From the NCBI GenBank assembly GCA_963758635.1, contig CAVWWD010000004.1, forward strand, positions 311,384-375,383: a stretch of 64,000 nucleotides of DNA, in the 5' to 3' direction. Under the pieces are notes generated by a model, which saw only the letters and a program-made list of their open reading frames with translations, was not told the DNA's origin and did not search any database. The first letter of the stretch is position 1; the number at the start of each line of letters is the position of its first letter. The position numbers and the translations under genes are program-made. Positions 10,718 through 20,659 of this stretch are shown here, piece after piece. The stretch is from an uncultured Candidatus Rokubacteria bacterium (GTDB taxonomy: Bacteria > Methylomirabilota > Methylomirabilia > Rokubacteriales > CSP1-6).

Positions 10718-11580
10718 ATGGCCCGGCTGTCGGCGCTGTCCCCCGCGGGGTCGAGCGCGAGCTGGAGGACCTCGCCACGATCCGCGGCCTGACCGCGGGC
10801 CAGCGCGTGAGCCGCCGGCGCGTCCGGCGCCGGCGCCTGGAGGGCAGCCGGCGGCTCGTCGTCGGCGTCCTCTCCGTGGTGGGCGCGGTCGTCCTCGCCG
10901 CGGGCGCCGGGCTCGGGGCGCGCTTCCTCCTGACGTCGCCGCGGTTCGAGGTCTCGGAGGTCGAGGTGCGGGGCACGAGCCGGCTCAGCCCCGAGGACGT
11001 GATCCGCGCCTCGGGCATCGGGCGCGGCGACAACCTGTTCCGCGTGGATCCCGCGGCGGCCCGGATGGGCGTGGAGACCCTGGCGCAGGTCCGGCGCGCC
11101 GAGGTGGTCCGGTCGTGGCCGAACCGGGTGGCCATCGTGGTCGAGGAGCGCCGGCCGTTCACGCTGGTGCACAGCGGACACCTGCACTGGATCGACGAGG
11201 ACGGCGTGGCCATGGGGGCGCAGTCCCGTGCCGTCTCGGTGAGCCTGCCCGTGATCAGCGGGCTCGACGCCGGCGACCTGTCCGCCGAGGGCCGGGCGCC
11301 GTCGGCCCGCGTGAGCGCCGGCCTCGCGCTCCTGCGGATGCTCCTGCGCACGGGCAGTCCGCTGACGAGCCAGATCTCCGAGGTCGACGTGAGCCGCCAC
11401 GACGGGCCCGTCCTCTACACGGTGGACGGCGTCGAGGTGCGGATCGGCACCGAGGAGTGGGATGCGCGCATCCCGCGGCTGATGGGCGTGCTCGCCCAGC
11501 TCGCCTCCTCCGGCGAGGCGGTGAGCGCGATCGACCTGCGCTTCCGCGACCAGGTCGTCCTCAAGCCCGCGGTCCACTAG
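10718..11580 (+). CDS. ftsQ: Cell division protein FtsQ; apparent 1-nt frameshift in the C run near 10740, downstream in-frame GTG at 10807
   Basis: Basic N-terminus, single TM helix, POTRA-like region and C-terminal IDLRF motif; lies between murB and ftsA. Confidence 0.85.
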
Positions 11581-11588
11581 GAGCGACG

Positions 11589-12821
11589 ATGTCGAGAGCG
11601 CGAGGACGGCAGCTCATCGCAGGGCTCGACGTGGGCACGACCAAGACCTGCTGCGTGATCGCCGAGGTGGCGGCGGCCGGGTCGCTCGAGATCGTCGGGC
11701 TCGGCATGGCGCCCTCGAAGGGCCTGCGCAAGGGCGTGGTGGTCAACATCGACTCCACGGTGGAGTCGGTGAAGCAGGCGGTGGCCGAGGCCGAGCAGGT
11801 GGCCGGCCTCGAGATCTCCTCCGTGCTCGCCGGGGTGGCCGGCGGCCACATCCGCGGGATCAACAGCCGCGGCGTCATCGCGGTCTCGGGCAAGCATCGC
11901 GAGGTGAGCCAGGCCGACGTGGACCGCGCGCTCGAGGCGGCGAAGGCCGTGAACCTGCCGCCCGACCGCGAGGTGATCCACGCGCTGCCCCAGACCTACA
12001 TCGTGGACGACCAGGACGGCGTCAAGGAGCCGCTCGGCATGTCCGGCGTGCGCCTCGAGGTCGAGGTGCACCTGGTGACGGGCGCGGTCACGTCCGTGCA
12101 GAACGTGATCCGGAGCGTCAACCGCGCCGGGCTCCAGGTGCAGGACATCGTGCTCGAGCCGCTCGCGTGCTCGGAGGCGGCGGTCTCCGCGGAGGAGAAG
12201 GAGCTGGGCATCCTGCTGATCGACCTCGGCGGCGGCACCACGGGCGCCGCGCTCTTCCGCGACGGCGCCCTCTGGTACACGGGCATCCTGCCGCTCGGCG
12301 GCGATCACATCGCCAACGACATCGCGATGGGGCTCCGCACGCCCACCGCCGACGCCGAGGACCTCAAGAAGCGGCACGGCTGCGCCCTCACCGCGCTCGT
12401 GCGCGAGGAGGAGACGGTGGACGTGCCGTCGGTGGGCGGCCGGAAGCCGCGGCAGTTCTCGCGGCAGATTCTCTCCGAGATCATCCAGCCGCGCGTCGAG
12501 GAGATCTTCACGCTGGTGGCGCGGGACGTGGCGCGCGCCGGCTTCCAGGACGTGGCCGCGGCGGGCGTGGTGGTGACGGGCGGGACGTCGATCATGCAGG
12601 GCGTGCCGGAGCTGGCCGAGCAGATCTTCGACCTGCCGGTGCGCCGCGGGATGCCGAGCGGGGTGGGCGGGCTCGCCGACGGCGTGCGCAGCCCGATCTA
12701 CTCCACCGCCGTCGGCCTCGCGCTCTACGGGGCGCGCGGCCACCGGGGCGCCGTCGCCGCCGACGGGGGCGACGGATCGTTGATGACGCGGGTCCGCGAG
12801 TGGCTGTCCGGACTCTTCTGA
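11589..12821 (+). CDS. ftsA: Cell division protein FtsA
   Basis: [26 protein letters not shown] and YSTAVGL motifs. Confidence 0.96.
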   Translation: MSRARGRQLIAGLDVGTTKTCCVIAEVAAAGSLEIVGLGMAPSKGLRKGVVVNIDSTVESVKQAVAEAEQVAGLEISSVLAGVAGGHIRGINSRGVIAVSGKHREVSQADVDRALEAAKAVNLPPDREVIHALPQTYIVDDQDGVKEPLGMSGVRLEVEVHLVTGAVTSVQNVIRSVNRAGLQVQDIVLEPLACSEAAVSAEEKELGILLIDLGGGTTGAALFRDGALWYTGILPLGGDHIANDIAMGLRTPTADAEDLKKRHGCALTALVREEETVDVPSVGGRKPRQFSRQILSEIIQPRVEEIFTLVARDVARAGFQDVAAAGVVVTGGTSIMQGVPELAEQIFDLPVRRGMPSGVGGLADGVRSPIYSTAVGLALYGARGHRGAVAADGGDGSLMTRVREWLSGLF

Positions 12822-12837
12822 TCACATGGGGATTCGC

Positions 12838-12892
12838 CTTGATGCCGATGAATCCCCTGATGCCGATGAACCCAATGACGCCAATGAAAAGG
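12838..12892 (+). repeat. Short tandem repeat (9/18-bp period) between ftsA and ftsZ
   Basis: gatgccgatgaatcccct / gatgccgatgaacccaat / gacgccaatgaaaagg. Confidence 0.75.
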
Positions 12893-12900
12893 AGGAGCTG

Positions 12901-14058
12901 ATGGTCGACGGGCGGGGACGGCGGCCGGTATTCGAGCTGGCGGAGGAGCGCGACACGGCCAAGATCAAGGTCATCGGGCTCGGCGGCGGAGGCTCCAACG
13001 CGGTCAACCGGATGATGGAGGCGCGCTTCACCGGCGTGGACTTCATCGTCGCCAACACCGACGCGCAGGCGCTCCGCGCGTCGACGGCGCCGGTGAAGCT
13101 CCAGCTCGGCGCGCAGCTCACGAAGGGCCTGGGCGCGGGCTCCGACCCCACGAAGGGCCGGAACGCCGCGGAGGAGGACCGCGACGAGATCACGCGCGTC
13201 CTCGCCGGCGCCGACATGGTCTTCGTGACCGCGGGCCTCGGCGGCGGCACCGGCACGGGGGCCGCGCCCGTCGTGGCCGCCATCGCCCGCGACCTCGGCA
13301 TCCTCACGGTGGCGGTGGTGACCAAGCCGTTCACCTTCGAGGGACACCGGCGCGCCCAGCAGGCCGAGGCGGGCATGGCCGAGCTGCGCGGCGTGGTCGA
13401 CACGCTGATCACGATTCCCAACCAGCGTCTGCTCGCCGTGGTGGACCGCGGCACGCCGCTCCTGGAGGCCTTCAAGGTCGCGGACTCGGTGCTCCTGCAG
13501 GCGGTGCAGGGCATCTCCGACCTGATCCTCGTCCCCGGGCTGATCAACCTGGACTTCGCCGACGTGCGCACGATCATGTCCGGCATGGGCATGGCGCTGA
13601 TGGGCGCGGGCACGGGCAAGGGCGAGCATCGCGCGCTCGACGCCGCGCAGAAGGCCATCGCGAGCCCGCTGCTCGACGAGACCTCGATCGAGGGCGCCCG
13701 CGGCATCCTGATCAACTTCACGGGCGGCGGCGACCTGTCGATCCACGAGGTGGAGGAGGCGGCGCGCATCGTCCAGGAGGCCGCGCACGAGGAGGCCAAC
13801 ATCATCTTCGGCGCGGTGATCGACGAGAGCCTGCACGACGAGGTGCGCATCACGGTGATCGCGACCGGCTTCACCGAGCGCAAGGAGTCGTCGGCCTCGG
13901 TGTCGGGCAAGGTCGTGGACATGCCGGCGCGGCCCTCGCGGCCGACCGCGACGCCGAGCTGGCGGCGCCGGCTGATGCCTGACGTGCGCGCGGAGGGCGA
14001 GGGCGGCGTGGAGGAAGACCTCGAGGTGCCGGCCTTCCTCCGGCGCCAGGCGGACTAG
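12901..14058 (+). CDS. ftsZ: Cell division protein FtsZ
   Basis: GGGTGTG tubulin signature, NLDFADV and C-terminal [19 protein letters not shown] before ATG 12901. Confidence 0.98.
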   Translation: MVDGRGRRPVFELAEERDTAKIKVIGLGGGGSNAVNRMMEARFTGVDFIVANTDAQALRASTAPVKLQLGAQLTKGLGAGSDPTKGRNAAEEDRDEITRVLAGADMVFVTAGLGGGTGTGAAPVVAAIARDLGILTVAVVTKPFTFEGHRRAQQAEAGMAELRGVVDTLITIPNQRLLAVVDRGTPLLEAFKVADSVLLQAVQGISDLILVPGLINLDFADVRTIMSGMGMALMGAGTGKGEHRALDAAQKAIASPLLDETSIEGARGILINFTGGGDLSIHEVEEAARIVQEAAHEEANIIFGAVIDESLHDEVRITVIATGFTERKESSASVSGKVVDMPARPSRPTATPSWRRRLMPDVRAEGEGGVEEDLEVPAFLRRQAD

Positions 14059-14108
14059 CGGGCCTCGCGGGTGCGTTGACTGGCGCGCGCTTCACGGCGC
14101 GCGTGGGC

Positions 14109-14253
14109 GGGCGGCGGGGAGGCACCTGGGGTCGCGGGACCACGCCGCACGCGTGCGCTGCCCCGTTGCGGCTGGGCTCCATCCGGGCGGGCGGGGTCCG
14201 ATGACCGAAGGAGGGGAAGGGCCGCCTCGACCCCAGGTGCCTCCCCGCCGCCC
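14109..14253. repeat. Hairpin/MITE-like element, copy A, with 26-bp perfect terminal inverted repeat
   Basis: 14109-14134 gggcggcggggaggcacctggggtcg is the exact reverse complement of 14228-14253. Confidence 0.85.
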
Positions 14254-14365
14254 ACCCGCGACGCGCTGTTGACGTCGCCCAGGTGCGAGCGCAACAGCGT
14301 GGCCGCGCAACAGCGGAGTCAGACCCTCGCGCAACGAAGTCACGCCGGTTCAGTAGCGTTGCGTG

Positions 14366-14512
14366 GGGGCGGTGGGTTGGCACCTGGGGTCGTGGCGGCC
14401 CTTCCCCTCCATCCGGCGTCGGAAAACGCGCGCCCGGGTGGAGCCCAGTTCCAGCGGGGCAGCGCACGCGTGCGGCGTGGTCCCGCGACCCCAGGTGCCA
14501 ACCCACCGCCCC
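14366..14512. repeat. Hairpin/MITE-like element, copy B, inverted relative to copy A, with 27-bp perfect terminal inverted repeat
   Basis: 14366-14392 pairs with 14486-14512; the interior is homologous to the reverse complement of copy A. Confidence 0.85.
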
Positions 14513-14612
14513 GCCCTCGCGCGCGTGACCGACGTGTCCTACCGGGCGCCGCGTTCAGACGGAGGCGATGGTGGGGAACCGGGGGCGGCGGGGGTGAGAC
14601 AATGACGCGCGC

Positions 14613-15389
14613 ATGACGGAGCCGCCCACCTACCTGACGTCGCCGCTGCTCGAGCGCGAGGGACTGGCGCACCTCTTCACGACCCGTCACTTCCCGGGGC
14701 ACCGCGCGCCCGAGAACCCCGCCGCGCCCTTCGCGACGCCGGAGGCGGCCGCGCTCGCCGCGCGGGCCGGGCTCGACGGCGTCGCCGCGGCGTTTCTCAA
14801 GCAGGTGCACGGCGCCGACGTGGTCCGCGTCGTCGAGGGTGGGTTCGCCGGCATGGGCGACGCCCTGATGTCCGAGCGTCCCGCGTTGCCGCTGGCCGTC
14901 TTCACCGCCGACTGCCTGCCCGTCGTCCTCTACGACCGGCGGCGCGCGCGCCTGGCCATCGCGCATGCGGGGTGGCGCGGCACCGTCCGCTCCGTCGTGC
15001 CGGCGGCGGTGGCGGCGATGGTGGCCGCGGGCAGCCGGCCCGCGGACCTGGTCGCGGCGGTCGGCCCCTCGATCGGCCCGTGCTGCTACGAGGTGGATCG
15101 CCCCGTCATCGACGCGTTCGCCGCCGCGTTCCCGGGCGCGTGGGCGTCGTGGGTGACGCCAAGGGGCAAGGACGCGGGGGGCGAGGAGCGGTGGATGCTC
15201 GACCTGTGGATGGCGAACGAGGCCCAGCTCCGTGGCGCGGGCGTCGTCCCGTCGGGCGTGGACAACCTCCGGCTCTGCACCTCGTGCCGGCTCGATCTCT
15301 TCTTCTCGTACCGCCGGGGCGCGCGCGGGCGCCTCGTGACGGCGGCGGCCATCCCGCGGGCCCCGGCGGCCCGTGAGGCGGCGTGCTAG
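14613..15389 (+). CDS. pgeF: PgeF/YfiH family peptidoglycan editing factor / purine nucleoside phosphorylase
   Basis: QVHG, TADCLP, HAGWRG, GPSIGPCCYEV and FFSYR motifs. Confidence 0.93.
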   Translation: MTEPPTYLTSPLLEREGLAHLFTTRHFPGHRAPENPAAPFATPEAAALAARAGLDGVAAAFLKQVHGADVVRVVEGGFAGMGDALMSERPALPLAVFTADCLPVVLYDRRRARLAIAHAGWRGTVRSVVPAAVAAMVAAGSRPADLVAAVGPSIGPCCYEVDRPVIDAFAAAFPGAWASWVTPRGKDAGGEERWMLDLWMANEAQLRGAGVVPSGVDNLRLCTSCRLDLFFSYRRGARGRLVTAAAIPRAPAAREAAC

Positions 15390-15392
15390 AAT
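15384..15392 (+). promoter_or_regulatory. Extended -10 promoter element upstream of yggS
   Basis: TGcTAGAAT ending 10 nt before GTG 15402. Confidence 0.4.
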
Positions 15393-15401
15393 CCCAACGC
15401 C

Positions 15402-16085
15402 GTGAGCGCGGAAACCGAGATCCGGGCGAATCTCGAACGTGTCGGCGAGGCGATCGCGCGCGCGTGCCAGCGCTCGGGCCGCCGGCCTGACGAGGTCCAG
15501 CTCATCGCGGTGTCCAAGACCATGCCGGTCGAGCGCATCCGCGCCGCGGTGGCGGCGGGGGCGACCGCGCTCGGCGAGAACCGGGTGCAGGAGGCGCGTG
15601 ACAAGATCGATGCGCTCGGCCATCCGGTGCCGTGGCACCTCATCGGCTCGCTCCAGACCAACAAGGCGCGGGACGCCGCCCGCCTCTTCGACTGGGTCCA
15701 GTCCGTCGACCGGCTCGAGCTCGCCGTGGAGCTCGACCGGCGGGCGCACGCCGCGGGACGCACGCTGAGCGTCCTGCTCCAGGTGAACCTGGGCGACGAG
15801 CCGCAGAAGGGCGGCGTGGCCGTGGACGAGGCCAAGCGCCTCCTCGACGGAACGGCCGGGCTCGGCAACGTGCGCGTCCTGGGCCTGATGGCGATCCCGC
15901 CGCACGCGGACGACGCGGAGGCCACGCGCCCCCACTTCCGGAAGCTGCGCGAGCTGGGGCAGGCGCTCGGTCTGCCGCACCTGTCCATGGGCATGAGCGC
16001 GGACTTCGAGGTGGCGATCGAGGAAGGCGCCACGATCGTGCGCGTGGGCACCGCGATCTTCGGCGCGAGGACGGCGCGAGCGTGA
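15402..16085 (+). CDS. yggS: PLP homeostasis protein YggS
   Basis: AVSKT, GENRVQE, HLIGSLQTNK, LSMGMSAD and RVGTAIFG motifs. Confidence 0.95.
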   Translation: MSAETEIRANLERVGEAIARACQRSGRRPDEVQLIAVSKTMPVERIRAAVAAGATALGENRVQEARDKIDALGHPVPWHLIGSLQTNKARDAARLFDWVQSVDRLELAVELDRRAHAAGRTLSVLLQVNLGDEPQKGGVAVDEAKRLLDGTAGLGNVRVLGLMAIPPHADDAEATRPHFRKLRELGQALGLPHLSMGMSADFEVAIEEGATIVRVGTAIFGARTARA

Positions 16086-16903
16086 GCATCGCGGGCAAGC
16101 GGGTCGGCTTCGTCGGCGCCGGCAACATGGGCGACGCCCTGATCAAGGGCATCCTCCAGGCCCGCCTCGTGCCCGCGGACGGGATCCTCGTCACCGAGCC
16201 CCGGGCCGACCGGCTCGCGCAGATGGTGAAGCAGTACGGCATCCGCGCGTGCGCCGACAACGCCGCGCTCGCCGCCGCCGCCGACGTGATCGTGCTCGCG
16301 GTGAAGCCGCAGATCATCGCCGCCGTCGCCGCCGAGCTGGCGCCGGGCCTCGCCGGGGGCAAGCTCGTCATCTCGATCGCCGCCGGGGTGCCGACCGCCG
16401 CGCTCCGGGCCCACCTGGCGCCGCCCACGCGGCTGATCCGCGTCATGCCGAACACGCCGGCCCTCGTGCTCGAGGGCGTCACCGCCATCGCCCGCGGGCA
16501 GGGGCTCGCGCCCGGCGACCTCGAGACCGCCCAGGAGCTGTTCCGGGCCGTGGGCCGCGTGGTCGTCCTGGACGAGGACGCGATGGACGCGGTCACCGGT
16601 CTCTCCGGCTCCGGGCCAGCCTACGTCGCCATCGTCATCGAGTCGCTCGCCGACGGCGGCGTGAAGATGGGCCTCGACCGCGCCACGGCCATGACCCTCG
16701 CCGCCCAGACCGTCCTGGGCTCGGCCAAGCTCGTGCTCGAGACGGGCGCGCATCCGGGCCAGATCAAGGACATGGTGGCGTCACCCGGCGGCACCACGAT
16801 CGCCGGCATCGCGGCGCTGGAGGAGGGCGCGGTCCGGCACACGTTCATCAGCGCGGTGGAGCGGGCCACCGAGCGCTCGCGCGAGCTCGGGAAAGGGCGA
16901 TAG
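16082..16903 (+). CDS. proC: Pyrroline-5-carboxylate reductase
   Basis: GAGNMG, RVMPNTP, SGSGPAY and SPGGTT motifs; GTGA overlap with yggS. Confidence 0.95.
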   Translation: MSIAGKRVGFVGAGNMGDALIKGILQARLVPADGILVTEPRADRLAQMVKQYGIRACADNAALAAAADVIVLAVKPQIIAAVAAELAPGLAGGKLVISIAAGVPTAALRAHLAPPTRLIRVMPNTPALVLEGVTAIARGQGLAPGDLETAQELFRAVGRVVVLDEDAMDAVTGLSGSGPAYVAIVIESLADGGVKMGLDRATAMTLAAQTVLGSAKLVLETGAHPGQIKDMVASPGGTTIAGIAALEEGAVRHTFISAVERATERSRELGKGR

Positions 16904-17169
16904 TGCTCAGCTACAACCTCGTCAACTTCATCGGCTGGATCCTCAACATGTACTCGTGGGTGATCATCATCGCGGCCCTCATGACGTGGGTCAACCCCGA
17001 TCCGCGCAACCAGATCGTGATCTTCCTCCGCCGGGTCACCGAGCCGGTGCTGGAGCCCGTGCGCCGCATGCTGCCGCCGTGGAAGACGGGCGGGCTCGAC
17101 CTCTCGCCGTTGATCGTGCTGGTCGCCATCCAGTTCGTGGAGCGCGTGGTCCTACCCGCCCTGCTCTAG
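16903..17169 (+). CDS. yggT: YggT family membrane protein
   Basis: WVNPDP, TEPVL and GLDLSPL motifs. Confidence 0.88.
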   Translation: MLSYNLVNFIGWILNMYSWVIIIAALMTWVNPDPRNQIVIFLRRVTEPVLEPVRRMLPPWKTGGLDLSPLIVLVAIQFVERVVLPALL

Positions 17170-17280
17170 AGCCCCGCGCATCAGACTAGTGCCGAGCGGT
17201 GGGACTGTAGAGGCCCGTGGCGGTTACCGTATTCTGCGAGTCACTACTGAGCAGGGTCGAGGGCCCAGAGGAGACGGGTC

Positions 17281-17790
17281 GTGCGCATCAGCCCGATGGA
17301 CATCCGCCAGCAGCAGTTCACCGTCAAGATGTTCCGCGGCTTCCACGTCCAGGAGGTGGACGCCTTCCTCGAGGAGGTCGCCGAGGACTTAGAGGCGGTG
17401 CTCAAGGAGAACACGCTCCTGAAGGAGCAGCTCGAGGCGCTGGAGGAGCGCACGCGCGGCATGGAGGAGCGCGAGCAGATCCTGCAGCAGACCCTCGTCA
17501 CCGCGCAGCGGATGAGCGACGAGATGAAGGAGACGGCCCGCCGCGAGGCCGACGTCATCCGGCGAGAGGCCGCGCTCGCGGCGGAGCGCCAGCTCGAGGC
17601 CGTGCGCGCCGAGGAGGCGGCGGTGCGCGCGGAGATCGGCGCGCTGAAGCGCCAGCGCCGTCACGTGGCCGAGGGGCTGCGCTCCACGCTCCAGATGTAC
17701 CAGCGGCTGATCGAGCAGGACCTCGCCGGGGGCCGGGAGCTTCCCGGCGGCCCCGCCGCCGATGCCGAATCGAGCGACACCGCCGTCTGA
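17281..17790 (+). CDS. divIVA: DivIVA domain coiled-coil protein
   Basis: ISPMDIRQQQF..FRGF...EVDAFL N-terminal domain followed by coiled coil. Confidence 0.9.
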   Translation: MRISPMDIRQQQFTVKMFRGFHVQEVDAFLEEVAEDLEAVLKENTLLKEQLEALEERTRGMEEREQILQQTLVTAQRMSDEMKETARREADVIRREAALAAERQLEAVRAEEAAVRAEIGALKRQRRHVAEGLRSTLQMYQRLIEQDLAGGRELPGGPAADAESSDTAV

Positions 17791-18058
17791 GCCGGCGCTC
17801 CTCGCGGTGCGCGTGCAACCCCGGGCCTCGCGCGACGAGGTGGTGGGCTGGCAGGGCACGGCGCTGCGGGTGCGCGTGAGCGCGGCGCCCACGGACGGCC
17901 GCGCCAACCAGGCAGTGACGGCGCTCCTGGCCCGGGCCCTCGACGTGTCGCCGTCGTCGGTCGAGCTGGTGCGGGGCCACGCGTCGCGCGACAAGCTCTT
18001 CCGCGTGGCCGGCCTGCCGCTTCCCGACCTCCGCGCCCGCCTCGACGCCGCCCGATGA
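17762..18058 (+). CDS. DUF167/YggU family protein
   Basis: VRVQPRAS, APTDGRAN and GHASRDK motifs. Confidence 0.85.
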   Translation: MPNRATPPSEPALLAVRVQPRASRDEVVGWQGTALRVRVSAAPTDGRANQAVTALLARALDVSPSSVELVRGHASRDKLFRVAGLPLPDLRARLDAAR

Positions 18059-19101
18059 TCTCGCCCATCCGCTGGGCGGACGGGCGGCTCTGGCTGCTCG
18101 ACCAGCGCCGGCTCCCCGTGGAGGAGGTCGAGCGCCCGTGCGTGGACTGGCGCGAGGTGGCGGACGCGATCCGCACCCTCGCCGTGCGCGGGGCGCCCGC
18201 GATCGGCGTGGCCGCGGCCTTCGGCGTGGCGCTCGCCGCGCGGGCGAGCGCGGCCACCGAGCCCGCCGGGCTCACCGCCGACCTCGACGAGGCCATCGCC
18301 GGCCTCGGCGCCACGCGCCCCACCGCGGTGAACCTGTTCTGGGCGCTCGAGCGGATGCGCGGCGTGGCACGCGCCGGGCGCGACCTGCCGGTGGCCGCGC
18401 TCCGCGACCGCCTCCTCGCCGAGGCGCGCGCGATGCTCGACGAGGACGTGGCGGCCAACCAGCGCATGGGCGCGCACGGCGCCGCGCTGGTGCCGGCGGA
18501 CGCGCGCATCCTCACCCACTGCAACACCGGCGCGCTCGCCACCGCGGGCTACGGCACCGCGCTCGGCGTGGTGCGCGCCGCCCACGGGCGCGGGCTCGTG
18601 CGCGAGGTCTGGGTGGACGAGACGCGGCCGGTGATGCAGGGCTCGCGCCTCACCGCGTGGGAGCTGGTCAAGGAGGGCATCCCCCACCGCGTGATCTCCG
18701 ACGTGGTGGCGGCGCAGGTGATGCGAGAGGGCCGGGTGGACCTCGTCATCACCGGGGCGGACCGGATCGCCGCCAACGGCGACACCGCGAACAAGATCGG
18801 CACCTACGGCCTCGCCGTGCTCGCGCGCCATCACGGGATCCCGTTCTACGTGGCCGCGCCCGTCTCGACGATCGACCCGTCCACCGCCTCCGGCGCGGCG
18901 ATCGTCATCGAGGAGCGCGACCCCGCCGAGGTGCGCGGGGTGGCCGGCCGGCAGACCGCGCCCGCGGAGTCGCCCGTGTACAACCCCGCCTTCGACGTGA
19001 CGCCGGCCGAGCTGATCACGGCGATCGTCACCGAGCGCGGCGTGTTCCGCCCGCCGTACGCGTTCGGCGCGCTGTCCGTGAACGCCCAGCGGTGTCCCTG
19101 A
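18055..19101 (+). CDS. mtnA: Methylthioribose-1-phosphate isomerase
   Basis: VRGAPAIG, THCNTGALAT, ETRP, ANKIGT and NPAFDVTP motifs. Confidence 0.95.
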   Translation: MISPIRWADGRLWLLDQRRLPVEEVERPCVDWREVADAIRTLAVRGAPAIGVAAAFGVALAARASAATEPAGLTADLDEAIAGLGATRPTAVNLFWALERMRGVARAGRDLPVAALRDRLLAEARAMLDEDVAANQRMGAHGAALVPADARILTHCNTGALATAGYGTALGVVRAAHGRGLVREVWVDETRPVMQGSRLTAWELVKEGIPHRVISDVVAAQVMREGRVDLVITGADRIAANGDTANKIGTYGLAVLARHHGIPFYVAAPVSTIDPSTASGAAIVIEERDPAEVRGVAGRQTAPAESPVYNPAFDVTPAELITAIVTERGVFRPPYAFGALSVNAQRCP

Positions 19102-19111
19102 AGGGGCCGCG

Positions 19112-20653
19112 GTGTCCCTGAACGACGAGACCGACCTGTCGCTCGAGTACCATCGGCGCACCGCGCACTCCCCGGCGTCGGTGCGCGCGTCGGGACGGCA
19201 GCTCGACTGGGACGTGAAGCCGTCCCCGTTCAAGATCTACCCGGACCTGCCGCCGATCGCGCTCTCCCGGGACCTGCCTCCGCTCGAGCCGGACACGTTC
19301 GCCGCGCTGTCGGGATCGCCGCCGCCCGCCGCTCCGCTCGACCGCGACCGGCTCGCCGCGCTCCTCTTCTTCGCCGCCGGCGTGACCCGCCGCGTGAGCT
19401 ATCCGGGCGGCGGCGAGACGTACTTCCGCGCCGCCGCGTCCACCGGCGCGCTCTACCAGACCGAGGTCTACGTGGTGGCCGGCGACGTCGACGGCGTGCC
19501 GCCGGGCGTCCATCACTACTCGCCCGGCGACCACGCGCTCCGCGCGCTGCGCGACGGCGATTTTCGGGCCGTGCCCGCGGTGGCCGCGGCCGACGACGAC
19601 CTCGCCGGCGCGGCCGCGACCGTCGTGCTGTCCGGCCTCTACTGGCGCAACACCTGGAAGTACGGGGCGCGCGGCTACCGTCACCTCTTCTGGGACGCGG
19701 GGACGATGCTCGCCAACCTCCTCGCCGCGGCGAAGGCGCTGGGCCTGCCCGCGCGGATCGTGACCGGCTTCGTCGAGCGGGAGGTGAACGGGCTCCTCGG
19801 CCTCGACCCCGCCACGGAGGGCGCGCTGGTGCTCGTGCCCGTGGGCGCGCCCCGCGGCTCGGCGCCGGTGGCGCCCGTGGTCGCCCCGCTCGCCCACCGC
19901 GTGATCCCGCTCTCCGCGCGCGTGGTCGACGAGCCGCTCCTGCGCGAGGCCTACGCCGTCTCCTCGCTCGACTCGGAGGCGGAGGTGATGGACTGGCGCG
20001 AGCGCCCGGCCGGCGAGGCGCTTCCGGCCGGCGCGGCCAGCGTGGCGCTGCCCGCCCCGCGCGCCGCCGCGGGCCGGAGCCTCGGCGACACGATCCTCTC
20101 CCGCGGCTCGACGCGACGCTTCTCCGGCGAGGCGATCACGCTGGCCGAGCTGTCGAGCGCGCTGTTCCACGCGACGCGGCCGGCGCCCGCGGACGTGCCG
20201 GACGGGCTGGTGGACCTCTACGTGGCCGTGCACGCGGTGGACGGGCTGGCCGCGGGCGCGTACGCGTACCGGCCGCGCGAGCACGCCCTCGATCTCCTGA
20301 GAGCGGGGGACGTCCGGGCCGACTCCGCGTTCCTCTGCCTGGAGCAGGCCCTCGGCGGCACGGGGAGCGCCACCGTGTTCTTCCTGGCCGACCTCGGGCA
20401 AGTGCTCGGGCGCTTCGGCAACCGCGGCTATCGGGCGGCCAACCTGGAGGCGGGGCTGATCGGCGGCCGCCTCTACCTGGGCGCCTACGCCCAGCGGTTC
20501 GGCGCCACCGGGCTCACGTTCTACGACGACGACGTGGTGCGCTTCTTCTCGCCCCACGCCGCGGGCAAGGACGCCATCTTCGTCACCGCGCTCGGCCGCT
20601 CCGTGCGCGCCGGTGCTGCGCCGATCCCCGTGCGCGACCGCCTGCGCGGCTGA
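19112..20653 (+). CDS. SagB/ThcOx-family tandem nitroreductase-domain oxidoreductase
   Basis: RAAASTGALY, WKYGARGYR and second-domain RGSTRRF/RGYR motifs. Confidence 0.8.
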   Translation: MSLNDETDLSLEYHRRTAHSPASVRASGRQLDWDVKPSPFKIYPDLPPIALSRDLPPLEPDTFAALSGSPPPAAPLDRDRLAALLFFAAGVTRRVSYPGGGETYFRAAASTGALYQTEVYVVAGDVDGVPPGVHHYSPGDHALRALRDGDFRAVPAVAAADDDLAGAAATVVLSGLYWRNTWKYGARGYRHLFWDAGTMLANLLAAAKALGLPARIVTGFVEREVNGLLGLDPATEGALVLVPVGAPRGSAPVAPVVAPLAHRVIPLSARVVDEPLLREAYAVSSLDSEAEVMDWRERPAGEALPAGAASVALPAPRAAAGRSLGDTILSRGSTRRFSGEAITLAELSSALFHATRPAPADVPDGLVDLYVAVHAVDGLAAGAYAYRPREHALDLLRAGDVRADSAFLCLEQALGGTGSATVFFLADLGQVLGRFGNRGYRAANLEAGLIGGRLYLGAYAQRFGATGLTFYDDDVVRFFSPHAAGKDAIFVTALGRSVRAGAAPIPVRDRLRG

Positions 20654-20659
20654 CGCGCG

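Noticed and set aside
14109..14512. Assignment of the paired elements as 6S RNA, cobalamin riboswitch or HDV-like ribozyme
   Set aside because: I could not match the diagnostic motifs or architecture by eye, and two opposite-strand copies are atypical for these; left as unknown
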